From Mytilus edulis (lineage: Eukaryota), in contig NC_092345.1 of NCBI RefSeq assembly GCF_963676685.1, positions 57,536,001 through 57,600,000 on the forward strand: 64,000 bases of DNA, read 5' to 3'. The notes below the pieces were generated by a model, which saw only the letters and a list, made by a program, of their open reading frames with translations, was not told the origin of the DNA and did no database searches. The position numbers were made by a program, and so were the translations under genes. Positions 41,801 to 51,400 of the stretch are shown here, in pieces (the stretch's first letter is position 1; the number at the start of each line of letters is the position of its first letter).

Positions 41801-44216
41801 CTTTTTATTTTGATTATGTACATTGACGTTTTGGAATTTGGGTCAAGTCCCTTGCATTGCACAGAGAGATAACGTTAAATGTTTATTATGTTGAATATTT
41901 ATTTGTTTATTGTTGTAACTCACAAAACGCACTTTAGCCATATTATACAGTTTCATTTTCAGCTAGTTAATCTTATGTTACACAGATACATGTCAGTATA
42001 TCACATTCTTGTATACATTTGCCACACAAAGTTTAGAGGGCAGTATTTTGTTGTACCTGTCTGTCCTTGTATTTGTCAATCTTCCTTTTGTAAACTGAAG
42101 GGGTACCTGATTTGTCTATTCAGCAATTTTCCATCTACAAAGATAGTTTTTGTCAAATACTGGAAATGTGCAATTTGTCAGGATGAATTTTTGCGAACTG
42201 ATCAAAAAAATTAAAAATAGATTTACTTAAAGTTAAATATACCAACTAATAATTTGCATAGCACAAAAGTATCAGGATTTTAACTGTTAAGAATCATTTA
42301 CAGAGGGTAGCAGTTGAAATTAAAACTTACCATGTTATACATGATTGCTATTGCTTTTATATATGTAGCAAACTATCTGCTCAACTGTAATCTATAATTT
42401 CCATACTGGGGCAGTATTGATATCTTAGTAAACACTGGATACATGAAGATGGCAAACTACGTAGTAATGTTCATTCGTTAAAAATCAATAGTGAAAGTTT
42501 TGTATAGGCCAAACAATATGATACTGTTCACTCCTTAAAATTCAATGCTTAATATCTTTGGAGGGGCATACTCTTATCTAGATTAAGACTAAAATGTTAA
42601 AAAAATATTCTGTTTATATTGTAAAATTGTTGTAAACTGTAGTAAAACAGGTATTTATACCAAGAACATCTCAAAAATTGTCAAAGGAATGAAGAAATCT
42701 TAAATAGAAGCAATATTGAAAGAAATTGAGAATTCATTGACGGGAAATTTTTATGGATGACTTGAAATGTTCTAAGGAAAAAATACTTGCTTTACTTTTT
42801 TTTATAATTTTAGTTAAATTTATTTTTCTCACGTTTTTATGTTTATCTTTTCTGCACAGCGAACACTTTCGTTCAGGCCCTCGTCCTCGAGAGGCTGAAG
42901 ATGAAGAAGCTGCAGAGAAACTGAAAACTGGGACTATAGAAAGTAGACGAGAAAATGGGGTAGAGAGAGAACATTGTCCAAATGTAAACACCCATCTTTC
43001 TGCTCCCACACCAACCAATACTAATTACCTGTATGAAAATAGCACAACTAATGCGTTATGGGTGAGGGCATCTTCCAAAAGTGTTCGCAGTCGTGTAGTT
43101 AGAAAGTTTTATTCTATGTTGTATTTTTGTGGGTGTAGTAAGCATGTGCATGAAACGGATTGCAAGGAAACATATACTGCTTATGTAGATAACAATGTAG
43201 ATAATGGTTCATTCATACGTGTCCCTGAAGTTGACTATAGTGATAAACCTACAATAAGCAATGGAAGTTCTGTTGATATTGAATTAACAGAACTACCTAA
43301 GAAATTTACAGGTAACGGGTCAGATTCTGCTATATCTGTTCAAAATAGTTCTAATGACAGTGGCAGAACAATTGAGTCTTATACTTCAGCTGCTCCTACT
43401 TCAAATAAACGTTTAAAAAATAAAAATTCCTTTGACAAACAAAGGTCATTTGATAGTTACACTATTGCTGAATGTGATGGTCAAGAGACAGAAGATGGAA
43501 ATAATATTATCCAATTTGTACAGTTAGAGCATGTACCTACAAACTCAGAGATATACTCACCTAAATCTGCACTCTCCAATGATTCCAAAACAAACTTTTT
43601 TAGTTTTGGAGGAGAATCAGACATTAATGACACAGAGGATGATTGTCAACAATGTCTATTCCTAGACAGTGGAAGTGGGCTCTTCTCTGTACACCATACT
43701 GACTCAGATCAAGAAAGCAGACGACCATCTGTTCATAAAAGTGAATCTGATCTCAGTTTAGTTAGTGAAATGAACAACTTGTCAAAGTTGCTTTTTTCTA
43801 AGCAGTATAATTCAGAAGACTCAGATTCAAAAGACTATAATGATGAAGTTATACAGGAAGAAAAGCCGTTACTGGCCAAAAAGCCAAAGCTTCAAAGACA
43901 AACTAAAATAAGTGGCAGTGATGAAAGTCAAAACAAACAAAGGTTGTTGGGTAACCTTGATGAAACTGATGAAGGTCGTATATCAGAAATCAATTTAAAT
44001 GACTTGGATATAAATGAAAATGAATCTGAAGCAAGAAATAAAAAAGGAAATAGATCAAAAAGTGAAGGTCAAAGTGATAACTTTGGGAGAAATGATGTAA
44101 GTGCATTATCTCTTGAAGGACGAACTGATTCATATGATACCTTTAAAGATTTGATAAGTCATAAATGCATCAATGGGCGCAAGAAGAATAAATTATCTAA
44201 GAATACAACAGTGTAG
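2208..44216 (+). CDS. THSD7A: Thrombospondin type-1 domain-containing protein 7 (THSD7A/B)-like single-pass membrane protein, 24 coding exons, about 1948 aa
   Basis: join(2208-2313,9470-10145,11032-11301,13193-13299,16130-16312,19543-19760,22590-22797,23077-23278,23771-23886,24985-25194,25982-26176,30336-30644,30899-31077,31382-31506,34581-34734,35300-35557,35949-36063,36254-36399,37335-37448,38141-38240,39756-39965,40340-40537,41153-41243,42860-44216) = 5847 nt, with GT-AG introns and matching phases. Signal peptide, then many alternating TSP1 repeats (WxxWxxC..CG.G.Q.R and DCxxSxWSxWSxC..R.R..GG..CP), the membrane-proximal 'VQSRSRAV..VWCARSDG..GGC..CIC' region typical of THSD7, and a TM helix. 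Invertebrate gene, so A versus B cannot be assigned. Confidence 0.9.
2372..2782. mobile_element. Head-to-tail dimer of a ~205-bp TA-flanked MITE (Tc1/mariner-type)
   Basis: Each unit (2372-2577, 2578-2782) has TIRs CTGTAAATTCAGAAATTATTGCG / CGCAATAATTTCTGAATTTACAG. TA lies outside both ends of the dimer. Confidence 0.85.
4661..5132. mobile_element. 472-bp non-autonomous DNA transposon with 13-bp TIR and 9-bp TSD
   Basis: TIR TAGCCTGGGATCC / GGACCCCAGGCTA (1 mismatch); AACTGTCCA at 4652-4660 and 5133-5141. Confidence 0.88.
7912..8119. mobile_element. Diverged copy of the CTGTAAATTC MITE family
   Basis: tactgtaaattcaaaa ... ttctgaatttacag. Confidence 0.7.
9010..9370 (+). mobile_element. Helentron/HINE-like 3' fragment
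   Basis: Two ~170-bp internal repeats (ccaagttgaaaatttt..cacatttttctc) and a 3' hairpin GTGAGC-agtata-GCTCAC before a TT site. Confidence 0.6.
9470..10145 (+). CDS. THSD7-like exon 2 (TSP1 repeats)
   Basis: ttacag|GT GAA TGG AGC ... TAT AC|gtaag; includes ORF 9538-10149. Confidence 0.92.
11032..11301 (+). CDS. THSD7-like exon 3
   Basis: RCKEH..DCEISEWSPW..YCP; ag/gt boundaries, phase 2-2. Confidence 0.9.
13193..13299 (+). CDS. THSD7-like exon 4
   Basis: NKWLTSSWSKC..CTTGMQHRKAICVEEN; phase 2-1. Confidence 0.88.
14251..15500. repeat. Tandem dimer of a ~624-bp element, each unit carrying a ~160-bp hairpin
   Basis: Units start at 14251 and 14875. Arms gaaataattcatgggggcttgaatatat..ttttaccacgggttg / caacccgtggtaaaa..atatattcaagcccccatgaattatttc surround gagcgatagcgag. 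Confidence 0.9.
15661..15768 (-). mobile_element. Solo 3'-terminal fragment of the Penelope-like family
   Basis: Near-identical to 57543-57650. Confidence 0.8.
16130..16312 (+). CDS. THSD7-like exon 5
   Basis: SGDQKPVDDSLC..DCTVSLWSQWSDC..ARKRRNNQKT; + frame absent from the ORF track; phase 1-1. Confidence 0.9.
17078..17245. repeat. Dispersed repeat rich in aatcccga motifs (copy 1)
   Basis: Similar to 24262-24450. Confidence 0.75.
17797..18134. mobile_element. Hairpin-type non-autonomous element (29-bp palindrome plus ~147-bp hairpin)
   Basis: gtgatatacagtcactgaccgtatatcac at 17797-17825; imperfect inverted repeat 17988-18134 centred on gctcggcatagccttgc. Confidence 0.7.
19543..19760 (+). 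CDS. THSD7-like exon 6
   Basis: QRFRTREVLTRPGTNGEQCPHL..CGVGIKQRTATCVDKKG; phase 1-0. Confidence 0.9.
22590..22797 (+). CDS. THSD7-like exon 7
   Basis: MRVSDDLC..DCVTSEWGEWSEC; phase 0-1. Confidence 0.9.
23077..23278 (+). CDS. THSD7-like exon 8
   Basis: GTECPGERE..WHADPWGSC..CGRGRQTRGVHC; phase 1-2. Confidence 0.9.
23771..23886 (+). CDS. THSD7-like exon 9
   Basis: CTQSVKP..PCPRDCTLTAWSDWSSCSASC; phase 2-1. Confidence 0.9.
24262..24450. repeat. Dispersed repeat rich in aatcccga motifs (copy 2)
   Basis: ggggtcctgatcc..ttaaaaacatgaaatccc..aatcccgagcttaaaa shared with 17078-17245. Confidence 0.75.
24574..24866. mobile_element. piggyBac-type MITE
   Basis: TTAA-CCCTTTCCTCCAT ... ATGGAGGAAAGGG-TTAA (13-bp perfect TIR, TTAA TSD). 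Confidence 0.88.
24985..25194 (+). CDS. THSD7-like exon 10
   Basis: RARQRFILQEPDNGGAPCP..CGKGLRAR; phase 1-1. Confidence 0.9.
25369..25575. mobile_element. Diverged copy of the CTGTAAATTC MITE family
   Basis: ta-ctgtaattttagaaattattgc ... tttctaaatttacag-ta. Confidence 0.7.
25982..26176 (+). CDS. THSD7-like exon 11
   Basis: IACMAQNG..CLFTDWSEWSHC; phase 1-1. Confidence 0.9.
26988..27418. mobile_element. Foldback-like element with inverted arrays of ~16-bp repeats
   Basis: About 7 copies of gtcaaatcggcacc-like units on the left and inverted ggtgccgatttgac units on the right. Confidence 0.75.
28137..29154. mobile_element. 1018-bp non-autonomous hAT-type element
   Basis: Perfect 14-bp TIR CAGGGCTTCCAAAA / TTTTGGAAGCCCTG; 8-bp TSD GGAGTATC at 28129-28136 and 29155-29162. 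Confidence 0.92.
29625..29995. repeat. Tandem repeat of about 5 units (~67-bp core with a variable A-tract)
   Basis: gtagtcttgacctatttat..gtac(A)n..cagtagtcattggatactgtagatcatt. Confidence 0.85.
30336..30644 (+). CDS. THSD7-like exon 12
   Basis: GQGVPDQC..GEWSDCIL..CGTGKRIKVVAC; phase 1-1. Confidence 0.9.
30899..31077 (+). CDS. THSD7-like exon 13
   Basis: YEEEVCLIPCPVDCEMSDWTTWSEC; phase 1-0. Confidence 0.9.
31382..31506 (+). CDS. THSD7-like exon 14
   Basis: EVQTRLC..YVWKTKAWGTC..CGNGTQTRHV; phase 0-2. Confidence 0.9.
31949..33987 (+). mobile_element. Helentron/HINE-like non-autonomous element carrying internal satellite arrays
   Basis: 5' tttatacgac and 3' gtcgtataaa subterminal inverted repeats, a (gtc)n microsatellite near the 5' end, about 4 x 160-bp, ~130/265-bp and ~35-bp tandem arrays, a 3' GC-rich hairpin and T-rich flanks. 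Confidence 0.82.
34581..34734 (+). CDS. THSD7-like exon 15
   Basis: CYAVN..SDCVVSVWTAWTSCSK; phase 2-0. Confidence 0.9.
35300..35557 (+). CDS. THSD7-like exon 16
   Basis: PCNHNDRQVRTRE..WEWSSWTTC..CGVGHKER; phase 0-0. Confidence 0.9.
35949..36063 (+). CDS. THSD7-like exon 17
   Basis: DADP..DCLVSDWSTWSSCSKTCGL; phase 0-1. Confidence 0.9.
36254..36399 (+). CDS. THSD7-like exon 18
   Basis: VSQRERTIV..NGRPCP..CYSWTVSVWSNC; phase 1-0. Confidence 0.9.
36951..37263. mobile_element. Probable MITE (gaggg...ccctc termini, ttttaccgtca subrepeats)
   Basis: gagggtagtaatg ... cattcccaccctc; degenerate. Confidence 0.45.
37335..37448 (+). CDS. THSD7-like exon 19
   Basis: FGICGHGIQKRNISCMSEDG; phase 0-0. 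Confidence 0.88.
38141..38240 (+). CDS. THSD7-like exon 20
   Basis: TERPCTVPCPGECVLTEWTEWNRC; phase 0-1. Confidence 0.9.
38396..38784. mobile_element. TTAA-flanked MITE (Kolobok-like termini)
   Basis: TTAA-GGATGTTTGCT ... AGCAAACATCT-TTAA. Confidence 0.7.
39150..39600 (+). mobile_element. Helentron-like 3' fragment with internal repeats
   Basis: Repeated accacaaaatacagatcaagtttgaatt..ttctagagttatgcccct; terminal hairpin tgtgtcccataaacaca. Confidence 0.55.
39756..39965 (+). CDS. THSD7-like exon 21
   Basis: GVQSRSRAV..RTVWCARSDGLVVI; phase 1-1. Confidence 0.9.
40340..40537 (+). CDS. THSD7-like exon 22 (membrane-proximal Cys-rich, EGF-like)
   Basis: GCDIERRP..CEPVC..HCNDTDICICHEGY. The donor could instead follow 40531 (same phase). 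Confidence 0.85.
41153..41243 (+). CDS. THSD7-like exon 23 (transmembrane helix)
   Basis: KEETSIWMYAVLAAGTVFIIFVALAFYNM; phase 1-2. Confidence 0.9.
42860..44216 (+). CDS. THSD7-like terminal exon 24 (long Ser/Asp/Glu/Asn-rich cytoplasmic tail)
   Basis: Polypyrimidine tract plus cacag acceptor, phase 2 joins the TM exon; open to TAG at 44216 (ORF 42753-44216). Confidence 0.8.
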
Positions 44217-46619
44217 GACATTTAGTTCACATGAGAAAATTTGTATGCAGATACTTGAATTGTAAAATAAGTTATATACTATCATTTTCATAGTATGTTG
44301 ACTCACAGACTTTTTATAAATTCATTCATTAAACTCATTTTCCATTTTGTAAAAATTCATTCATCAAACTTCAATTTTACATGAGCATTTCATGGTTTGT
44401 TTAATGGTATTTTCATGAAATTTCAAGCAAATGTGCAGAAATGATAATGATTATGATTTATACTTTCCATTTTGAACAATTATTGTCATTTCTAAACAAA
44501 ATACTTTATCAGGTTGAACCTAAATAGCATGTATTTTACAAAATACTAATGTTCTTGAAAAAAACAGCATTAGAAAGGTGTATGTAATATATTAGATAAT
44601 TATATATTTTATAGATACATAGATGACCGTTAATGTTTGCATGTTAGTAAATGTTTGCATGAAATGTCTAATATATATAAATTTGTTTTATTTGAAAAAG
44701 CCAGTCTTTTATTTCCATCTTATAAAATAAGTTATCAAAGTTTTTAAAAGTGCAAAATGAAGTTTTTATGTTTTTATAAGTTGAGAATATTTTAATTACT
44801 TATTATTTAGAAGATCCACGTTCATTTTGGTTTTTGGTTGTAACATAATATGAACATGGCAATCCCATTTTATCATTTGAAATCAATTGCCCAGTGTGTC
44901 ATTTCTGTTTGGAAAGGGTGTTGGACTATTGGCAATCTATTGAATTGAATTGAATGAATCTTTACTGCATTAGCAACAACATTGCTTTAGCAATCATTCC
45001 ATATACTTAAATAGCAAAGTAAAGTCTAATATACACAAACAAAACTGGGTTATTGCACTTTTATATTTTGATTACTTGAACTGGCACATTATTTATCACT
45101 TATATTTTGTTTATGAATGCAATCAGTTATTGTTTACATTTATTTTTTTGTTTATGTTTACATCGCATTTGTAATTACCATATAATATATGCATTGAAAT
45201 AAGCATTATATGTTTGTTGAATATTTCATGTGGTAGAATAAATTAACATGCATTTTGTGGTATGGATATTTTTTTATTAGTCTTTTTTTCCATAGTGTTT
45301 ACAGTCAAGACAGATGTTTGTAAAAAAATCTTTTCAGTTTAATATTTTCACCCTTTTAAACAAGATCTGATCAAGATTTGTTATAGTAGTCTTACATTTA
45401 AGTTGGAAATGTATTTCAGTAAATCTTGGCAACCTGAATGGGGCAGAGGTTTTTTGGTGACAATTGTATCTTCACAATTCTTGTTCATACAATAATAGTG
45501 TTCACCACATCCTCAGGATTAATAACTTTGAGACCCTTTACAAATGCATTTTATGGTGATAAGGGGGCAAATATTTCCTTCGGAAATTAATTTTTGTCTT
45601 TATCTGTTGACCACTTGACAAATTGTTACCAAATAGCATACAATTGTCTCTAATCAAATCTCATTTTGTTTTAAAGGGATGAAAAACATGCTGCATAATC
45701 TAAGATTCTGAATTGCCAATTTCAAATATATTCACTCTGAAACTCGATGGGAAATCTTTGAAATTTACAGTTGTCAGTTTATTTTCAATCTAGGAGTTTA
45801 AATGTCCATTTGGTATCTTTGCCACTCTTTATAACAGGATTGCTGATTTGAAGACCTTGAAAAAACACTCCTTATTTAATTTAAATTTGGTAACAAACTT
45901 ATGTTGGTAGAAATATGTTGAGCAATAACTATGTTGAGCAATAAATTGGTAATTTCTAGTGCTGTCATTGGTAGCTAATTACTTCATTAAAACCATAAAT
46001 GACATCATGTCATTCATAGTTTTGCTAGAAATAGTACCATTGCACTCATGTAGGAAATCTATCTTGAGTGCAGAGAAATAAATCCCAGCAACAGAAATGT
46101 ATTAACATTTATAAAGACCTCTAGTTTTATTTGTATTTATAATTAATTATTGTTTGCTGTGCATCCAGAGCCAAATATTTAATTTATATATTTACAATTA
46201 AAACAAATTAACAACAATCCAAAAGGTAGGTTCTTTATTATAGGTTGACAGGGGTTATATACTATAGAATTGAACATTTAAACTTTTTATTTTACTTTTC
46301 GACAAAACTTATATCTATGGTGCTGGTGCTCTCTATCAATTTAAATAAAAGCTGCTTGAAATTAACTATTTTTTCCCAGCAATTGGAAAAGTGATACCAA
46401 TGTCATATTCAAATTGGGTCATCTAACTTAGTAATCCTCAATTTAACAAAGGCATTTTTCACACCAGTTCTAAATGTAAACACCCAAAAATGATAGTATT
46501 CTAGTTTTTAATTTTAAGTCTGGTTGCAGAACCAAATAACTTCAATGCATAGATAAATAGGTCAACTGTCTGAGAAGTTGTGCATTAAGATAACAAGTAA
46601 GTGACAAAAAAATCTGAAA

Positions 46620-48400
46620 TTAACCAATTTGTATCACTGCTATAGTGGTCTGTGTTGGTGTTGGAGAACAGTTAAAGTTGTCACCATTTAAAATTTGTCC
46701 ATCATAACTACAGTATGTGGAATAACACCAGTTCCCTGACTGACCATGACTTATTTCTTGTCCAGGACTATATTGATGTCCATTGAAGAAGCAGTAACCA
46801 ATAGGTCCACCAAGAGTTGTTGTAGTTGTTGTTGACCTAGGGCAGTCTGGCTCATATAAAGTTGTTACTGTTCCCTTATGGTTGCAAACCAATGCATATT
46901 TGCAACCATCCACTGTAACACCACTCTTTATTGTTGATCCTTCAAGGTATGCTGTTCCTTTGTATAGGCATTTTGGAGCTGGTTTGGGTGTTGGAAGTTC
47001 TCTGGTTATCAATGGAAGCCCTGAAACATTCATATTAATGAAAATAAGTTATATCATTTATATTTATGAACCCAACTTTTATCCAAAAATAGCATTGGAA
47101 ACTTCAACTTGAAAAGAAAAAAAGATCAGCATAGTATATGCATATACATTTCGAGCTTGTCAATTTTTTTATTGTTTTATGTGATCTTTAGATTCCTTGT
47201 TTTTTTTTATTATATAGTATAATATACACATATAGTTGGGTGTAGGTGACTGAGTGACACAGTGCAGACAATGCTGTCTCCATATCCCAATTGACCGTAG
47301 ATGGATTTGGCTATTATATAAGATCCTTGTTGATTATATAACTCTTCAACTGTTTAGATTCTTATTAATCCTTGGCTTTCAAATATTTGGTTTTGAACAT
47401 TCCTGATGAAGGCAAATCAACAAAAGAAGATCGAACGCATGACATTTATAAGTTTGTTTTCAACTATTTACAGCATGATTCCTTCCAATATGATTGCTGT
47501 GAAAATAAACAAGAATTTTTTAAGAAAAAAACAAAATCTAAAATAATTGATGTTCCGTCAAAAAACAATACACATTACAGAAAATTTTGTAAGTTATTTT
47601 CATGCATTTACTGGAGCCTGTTAATTGTACCAAGATCTTTCCTGAATCGCATACAAAAAAAATGTGACCGGTGCATCCATACACCTCCTTTGGATGTTGA
47701 AGCCATCTGCATTTTAAAACAGATTGATAACAAAAGTTTAAGGAACACTTACAGGCTTAAGCCTAGACGCTGAAGTCGGTGATTGAATACAATTATTGTT
47801 TTGGGCTACAATAAGATATCCTTTATACAGTTTAGTTTTGAGAAAAATTGACAAATAATTATCGAAGACCAATTTTTCTACCGATTCGAGATTTTTTTTT
47901 TAGAAAATTTAAATATTTTGTGTCACCTGTGATTTACACACCTATTTAATTTTATCTTTTTTTTTATGGCTATTTTATATTTTATGTTAGAGCTTTACAT
48001 TTAGAGACATTAATTGCCGAAATGCACATCCGGTGCAGAAAATCCGTTAATCTGGGAACACTATATCTAATGTCAATATGTATGTTCCGGCATTAATATT
48101 ATTGCAATATACTTTATATGCATGTACGCATCAAAATACAGATTAGTGAAAAGCATGATATTTACTATATTAAATTTTGTTTTGTTTAAACAATATGTCT
48201 AAAAAATAGAAATACATTTTACCACAGCTGGTACTCCCAGACGATATTAGGAAATAACGAACAAAGACATGTTGTTTTCTTTAATTATCAAGTCTTTTTA
48301 TTTTCAATGAATAATTTTACTTACCGTTTGTTTCTATTAACAATATCAAAAGACTGATGGAGGCTTTGCAAAAAGTGAATCCTAAACAAATTGAAGCCAT
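46620..48400 (-). CDS. Small secreted Cys-module/Thr-rich protein (158 aa, 2 exons; two VWC/FN1-like 4-Cys modules)
   Basis: complement(join(46620-47020,48325-48400)). Exon 1 MASICLGFTFCKASISLLILLIETNG ends at a GTAAGT donor (phase 1). Acceptor tttcag leads to LPLITRE.. with modules CLYKGTAY..GCKYALVC..C and CFFNGHQYSPG..WCYSTYC..NFNC separated by a poly-Thr linker. Confidence 0.85.
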
Positions 48401-48473
48401 ACTTTAGAACACAGAACTTAGTTACCTTGATAAGTAATGACGCAAAACTAGTGATAAGAATGGAGATAAATAA

Positions 48474-48479
48474 TTTATA
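48474..48479 (-). promoter_or_regulatory. Candidate TATA box of the small secreted protein gene
   Basis: TATAAA on - about 75 nt upstream of ATG 48400. Weak evidence in AT-rich DNA. Confidence 0.3.
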
Positions 48480-51400
48480 AAATGTCGGCAATGATTTTGG
48501 ATTTTCCCTTTAAAATATATCATCGATGTTAGCTTTGTTTTGACAATACTGTTTAAGTTTTCATACATTTTCCCTGGGAATATTGTTGTATTGAGCCTGC
48601 CTTTAAATACCCATGTTCAAAAGGACTCGGTTTTGTCAGTCATACAAAGTACTTTTATACACAGCCATTGCACTTATCTTAGTAAATATTATTTTGCATT
48701 ACCATGACAATTTCCAAAATACAATTGGGTTTGTACCAGTATAGTATTACGATCATCGAGCAAATCGTCAATGCAAATGGATTTAGAAAACAGTTTCATG
48801 TGGATGAAAATGATTACTTTTTCAACAGTGTAAATCAACTCTTGGTTTTGGATCCCAATTAAAATTGCACAACTGACCGAAACAAACAACGTCATCACGG
48901 GTGGTGTGTAGTGAAATACCGAAATCCGAGGAAAATTCAAAACGGAAAGTCCCATATCAAATTAATGGCAAAATCAAAAGCTCAAACACACGAAACGAAC
49001 GTATAACAGCTGCCATATTCCTGACTTGTGAGTTTTCTTGACCCTTAGCAGGTCATTTGATACCATTAAACAAATCTTAGGTGGAATTACTTTCCCGAAT
49101 TCAAGACAATATGGCATATGTTATTTAGGGTACCATAAAAAAGATCAAATTGGAAAAATTAGGGCTGCCGAGAAGGTATGCACAGGCCGCCTGCAATTCC
49201 CTGCTAATGAATATAATCAGACCTAAGGGTCACATGTATGAGAAATGTAAATAGAAATATTTTCAAGTCGCTTCAATGAAGGGAACACATTTGGTTCCAC
49301 CGCTGTGAGTGTCCATTTGAATGTCCAAATGAAGTATGTTACAAAATATGTCACAGTGTTAGTGGTCAGACAGACGATTTTTCTGTATTTCATCCGACTT
49401 TCACAGATTTTATTTTAAAAGAGTAATTTTTATTTAAAAAAAAATAAAATAACAATTCGAAGCTCTTGGTTATGAATTTGTGTGGGAAAAATAATCGAAG
49501 ATAGCAAAGAAAACATTCTGTTAAATAGTTTTTGAATGTAACACAAAATATTGATTAGGCACTTCATGAAAATTATGAGTAACCCAAATAACGTTGTATT
49601 TCAAAACTGATAAATAATAACTATATCTGATGCAGTCGTTGGTAGGTACAACATGTTTACATGTACCATGTGGAACAACACATCTCGTCAAAAATAAGAA
49701 GTGTTAAAAGCATTCCTAACATTGATCGTCGCTTGTTACAAGTGGTGTAGATATATAAAACTGCACACAAGTTTTATTTCTATCGAATGCTCAGTTATGA
49801 CTGTGAGTTGTACCTAGGAGCCAGTAACGCTAAGCTTTAATTTTGTACAACTATTTTTCTCGAAATCAACTCAGGTCAACTAAACCTAATTCCGACAAAC
49901 TTGCGGTTCAAATGAAACACCTTCATCCTTTTTATTGACTTTCCATTTTTAAAAAAGAAATTTGAAAGAGACAATCAAACTCGCAAGTCAAAAACAATCG
50001 GATAACGTCGTTGCAAAACAGACACACAACAACACGACGAAAAGACAACAACAATACACAACACACACCATGAAAATGAAGCCTTTAGTATGACTTTGGG
50101 TATTTTAAGGCAGACTTTTTACACATATAAGACTGAGCAACACAAACTCCACCCAAAACCGGGAGTGGTTTCAGGTGCTATGTTAAAGACGAAAAATTGA
50201 TGTTGGTCCATGCAACTATTGTGATAAAGGTAGTCTTGGATTTGACAATGACACAACCACCAAACGATACAGCGAGTCATCATTCAGTCTTCCAAAATAT
50301 AAAGCTATAAAATGTCCCGATTCTGAACAGTTGTGAATATGTTTAACGGTCACTACCAGTATCCGTTCTTGTACATTTTCTGTACTGTTTTGAGAGCCCT
50401 AGTCTTTTGTGCAAATAAATTAGTTTTATTTTATAAAATATTCTTTATTTCAGTCGGAACTTACGGAAGGAGAGAGCTAAGTCTAAACGAATGGTAGTAA
50501 AACGGTCAGGATCGCTTGATTCTTTAGGGGATAATAGATCAAGTAAGGACCAAAATGGCCATGTTTCCGGTGACAAACTCGTGACAACTACATACATTGA
50601 TTCGGATTTTGAAAAAGGTTCAATGTTCACAGGGAAACAAAGTGTTATATAATACACAAGCACACATTATAATATGATATAATTTCAAGTAAAGTGAAAA
50701 AGTATGACAATACTATATCTTTTCAACTTAACATGAATAACTTTACTGCGGGGCAGCATGATAGTTTTGTTGGAGTCTTCAAAATGATGATTTACTGTAA
50801 TTTGATGTGATTTTGTGACATGATTTATAACATATGAAAAATTAACTTTTACATGTAATTTTGTACTAGTTTTAAGAAAAAACTTATACATCTGAACATT
50901 TTCAAGTGTTCATGAAACAACTACAACTCTGTCATAATTGATAAGTCATCAGTGTGCGTTTCCGCTGAAAAGAGTGAACAGTTATAATAATATTCGCCTG
51001 GGATCCTGGCTCACACTCCACAGACGTGTGATACGTTTCACTCATTGTGTATCATTAAAAAGAAGTGTTATCACAAATTTATTTATTTAGATTAAAACAT
51101 TTCTATTTGTTTCATTAAGTATATTTTATTTATATTGAATAATTGGAAATGTTATACGACTATTTTGAATTTAAATATAATGTATATATCTTTATTATGA
51201 ATATTTGATTGTAACTCATTTCCCCATTTGTAAAAAGAATTGCATTTTACCACAAAAGTCATCTTTACAATAACATATGAATAATTGTAAAAGGTGATCA
51301 CTTATCATGATTCAAATCTTGCATTTATTACATTATTTGTTATTCATAAGTTTTGTTCATTGACTGTTTACACATTTTTTGGAACTGTTTGTATTTACAA

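Noticed and set aside
42753-42859. Hydrophobic N-terminus of the 487-aa ORF as a stand-alone membrane protein
   Set aside because: The segment is the intron polypyrimidine tract. The acceptor at 42859 joins the upstream TM exon in the correct phase.
47372-47773. 133-aa ORF on +
   Set aside because: It starts in a repeat remnant within the intron of the minus-strand gene and has no recognisable protein features.
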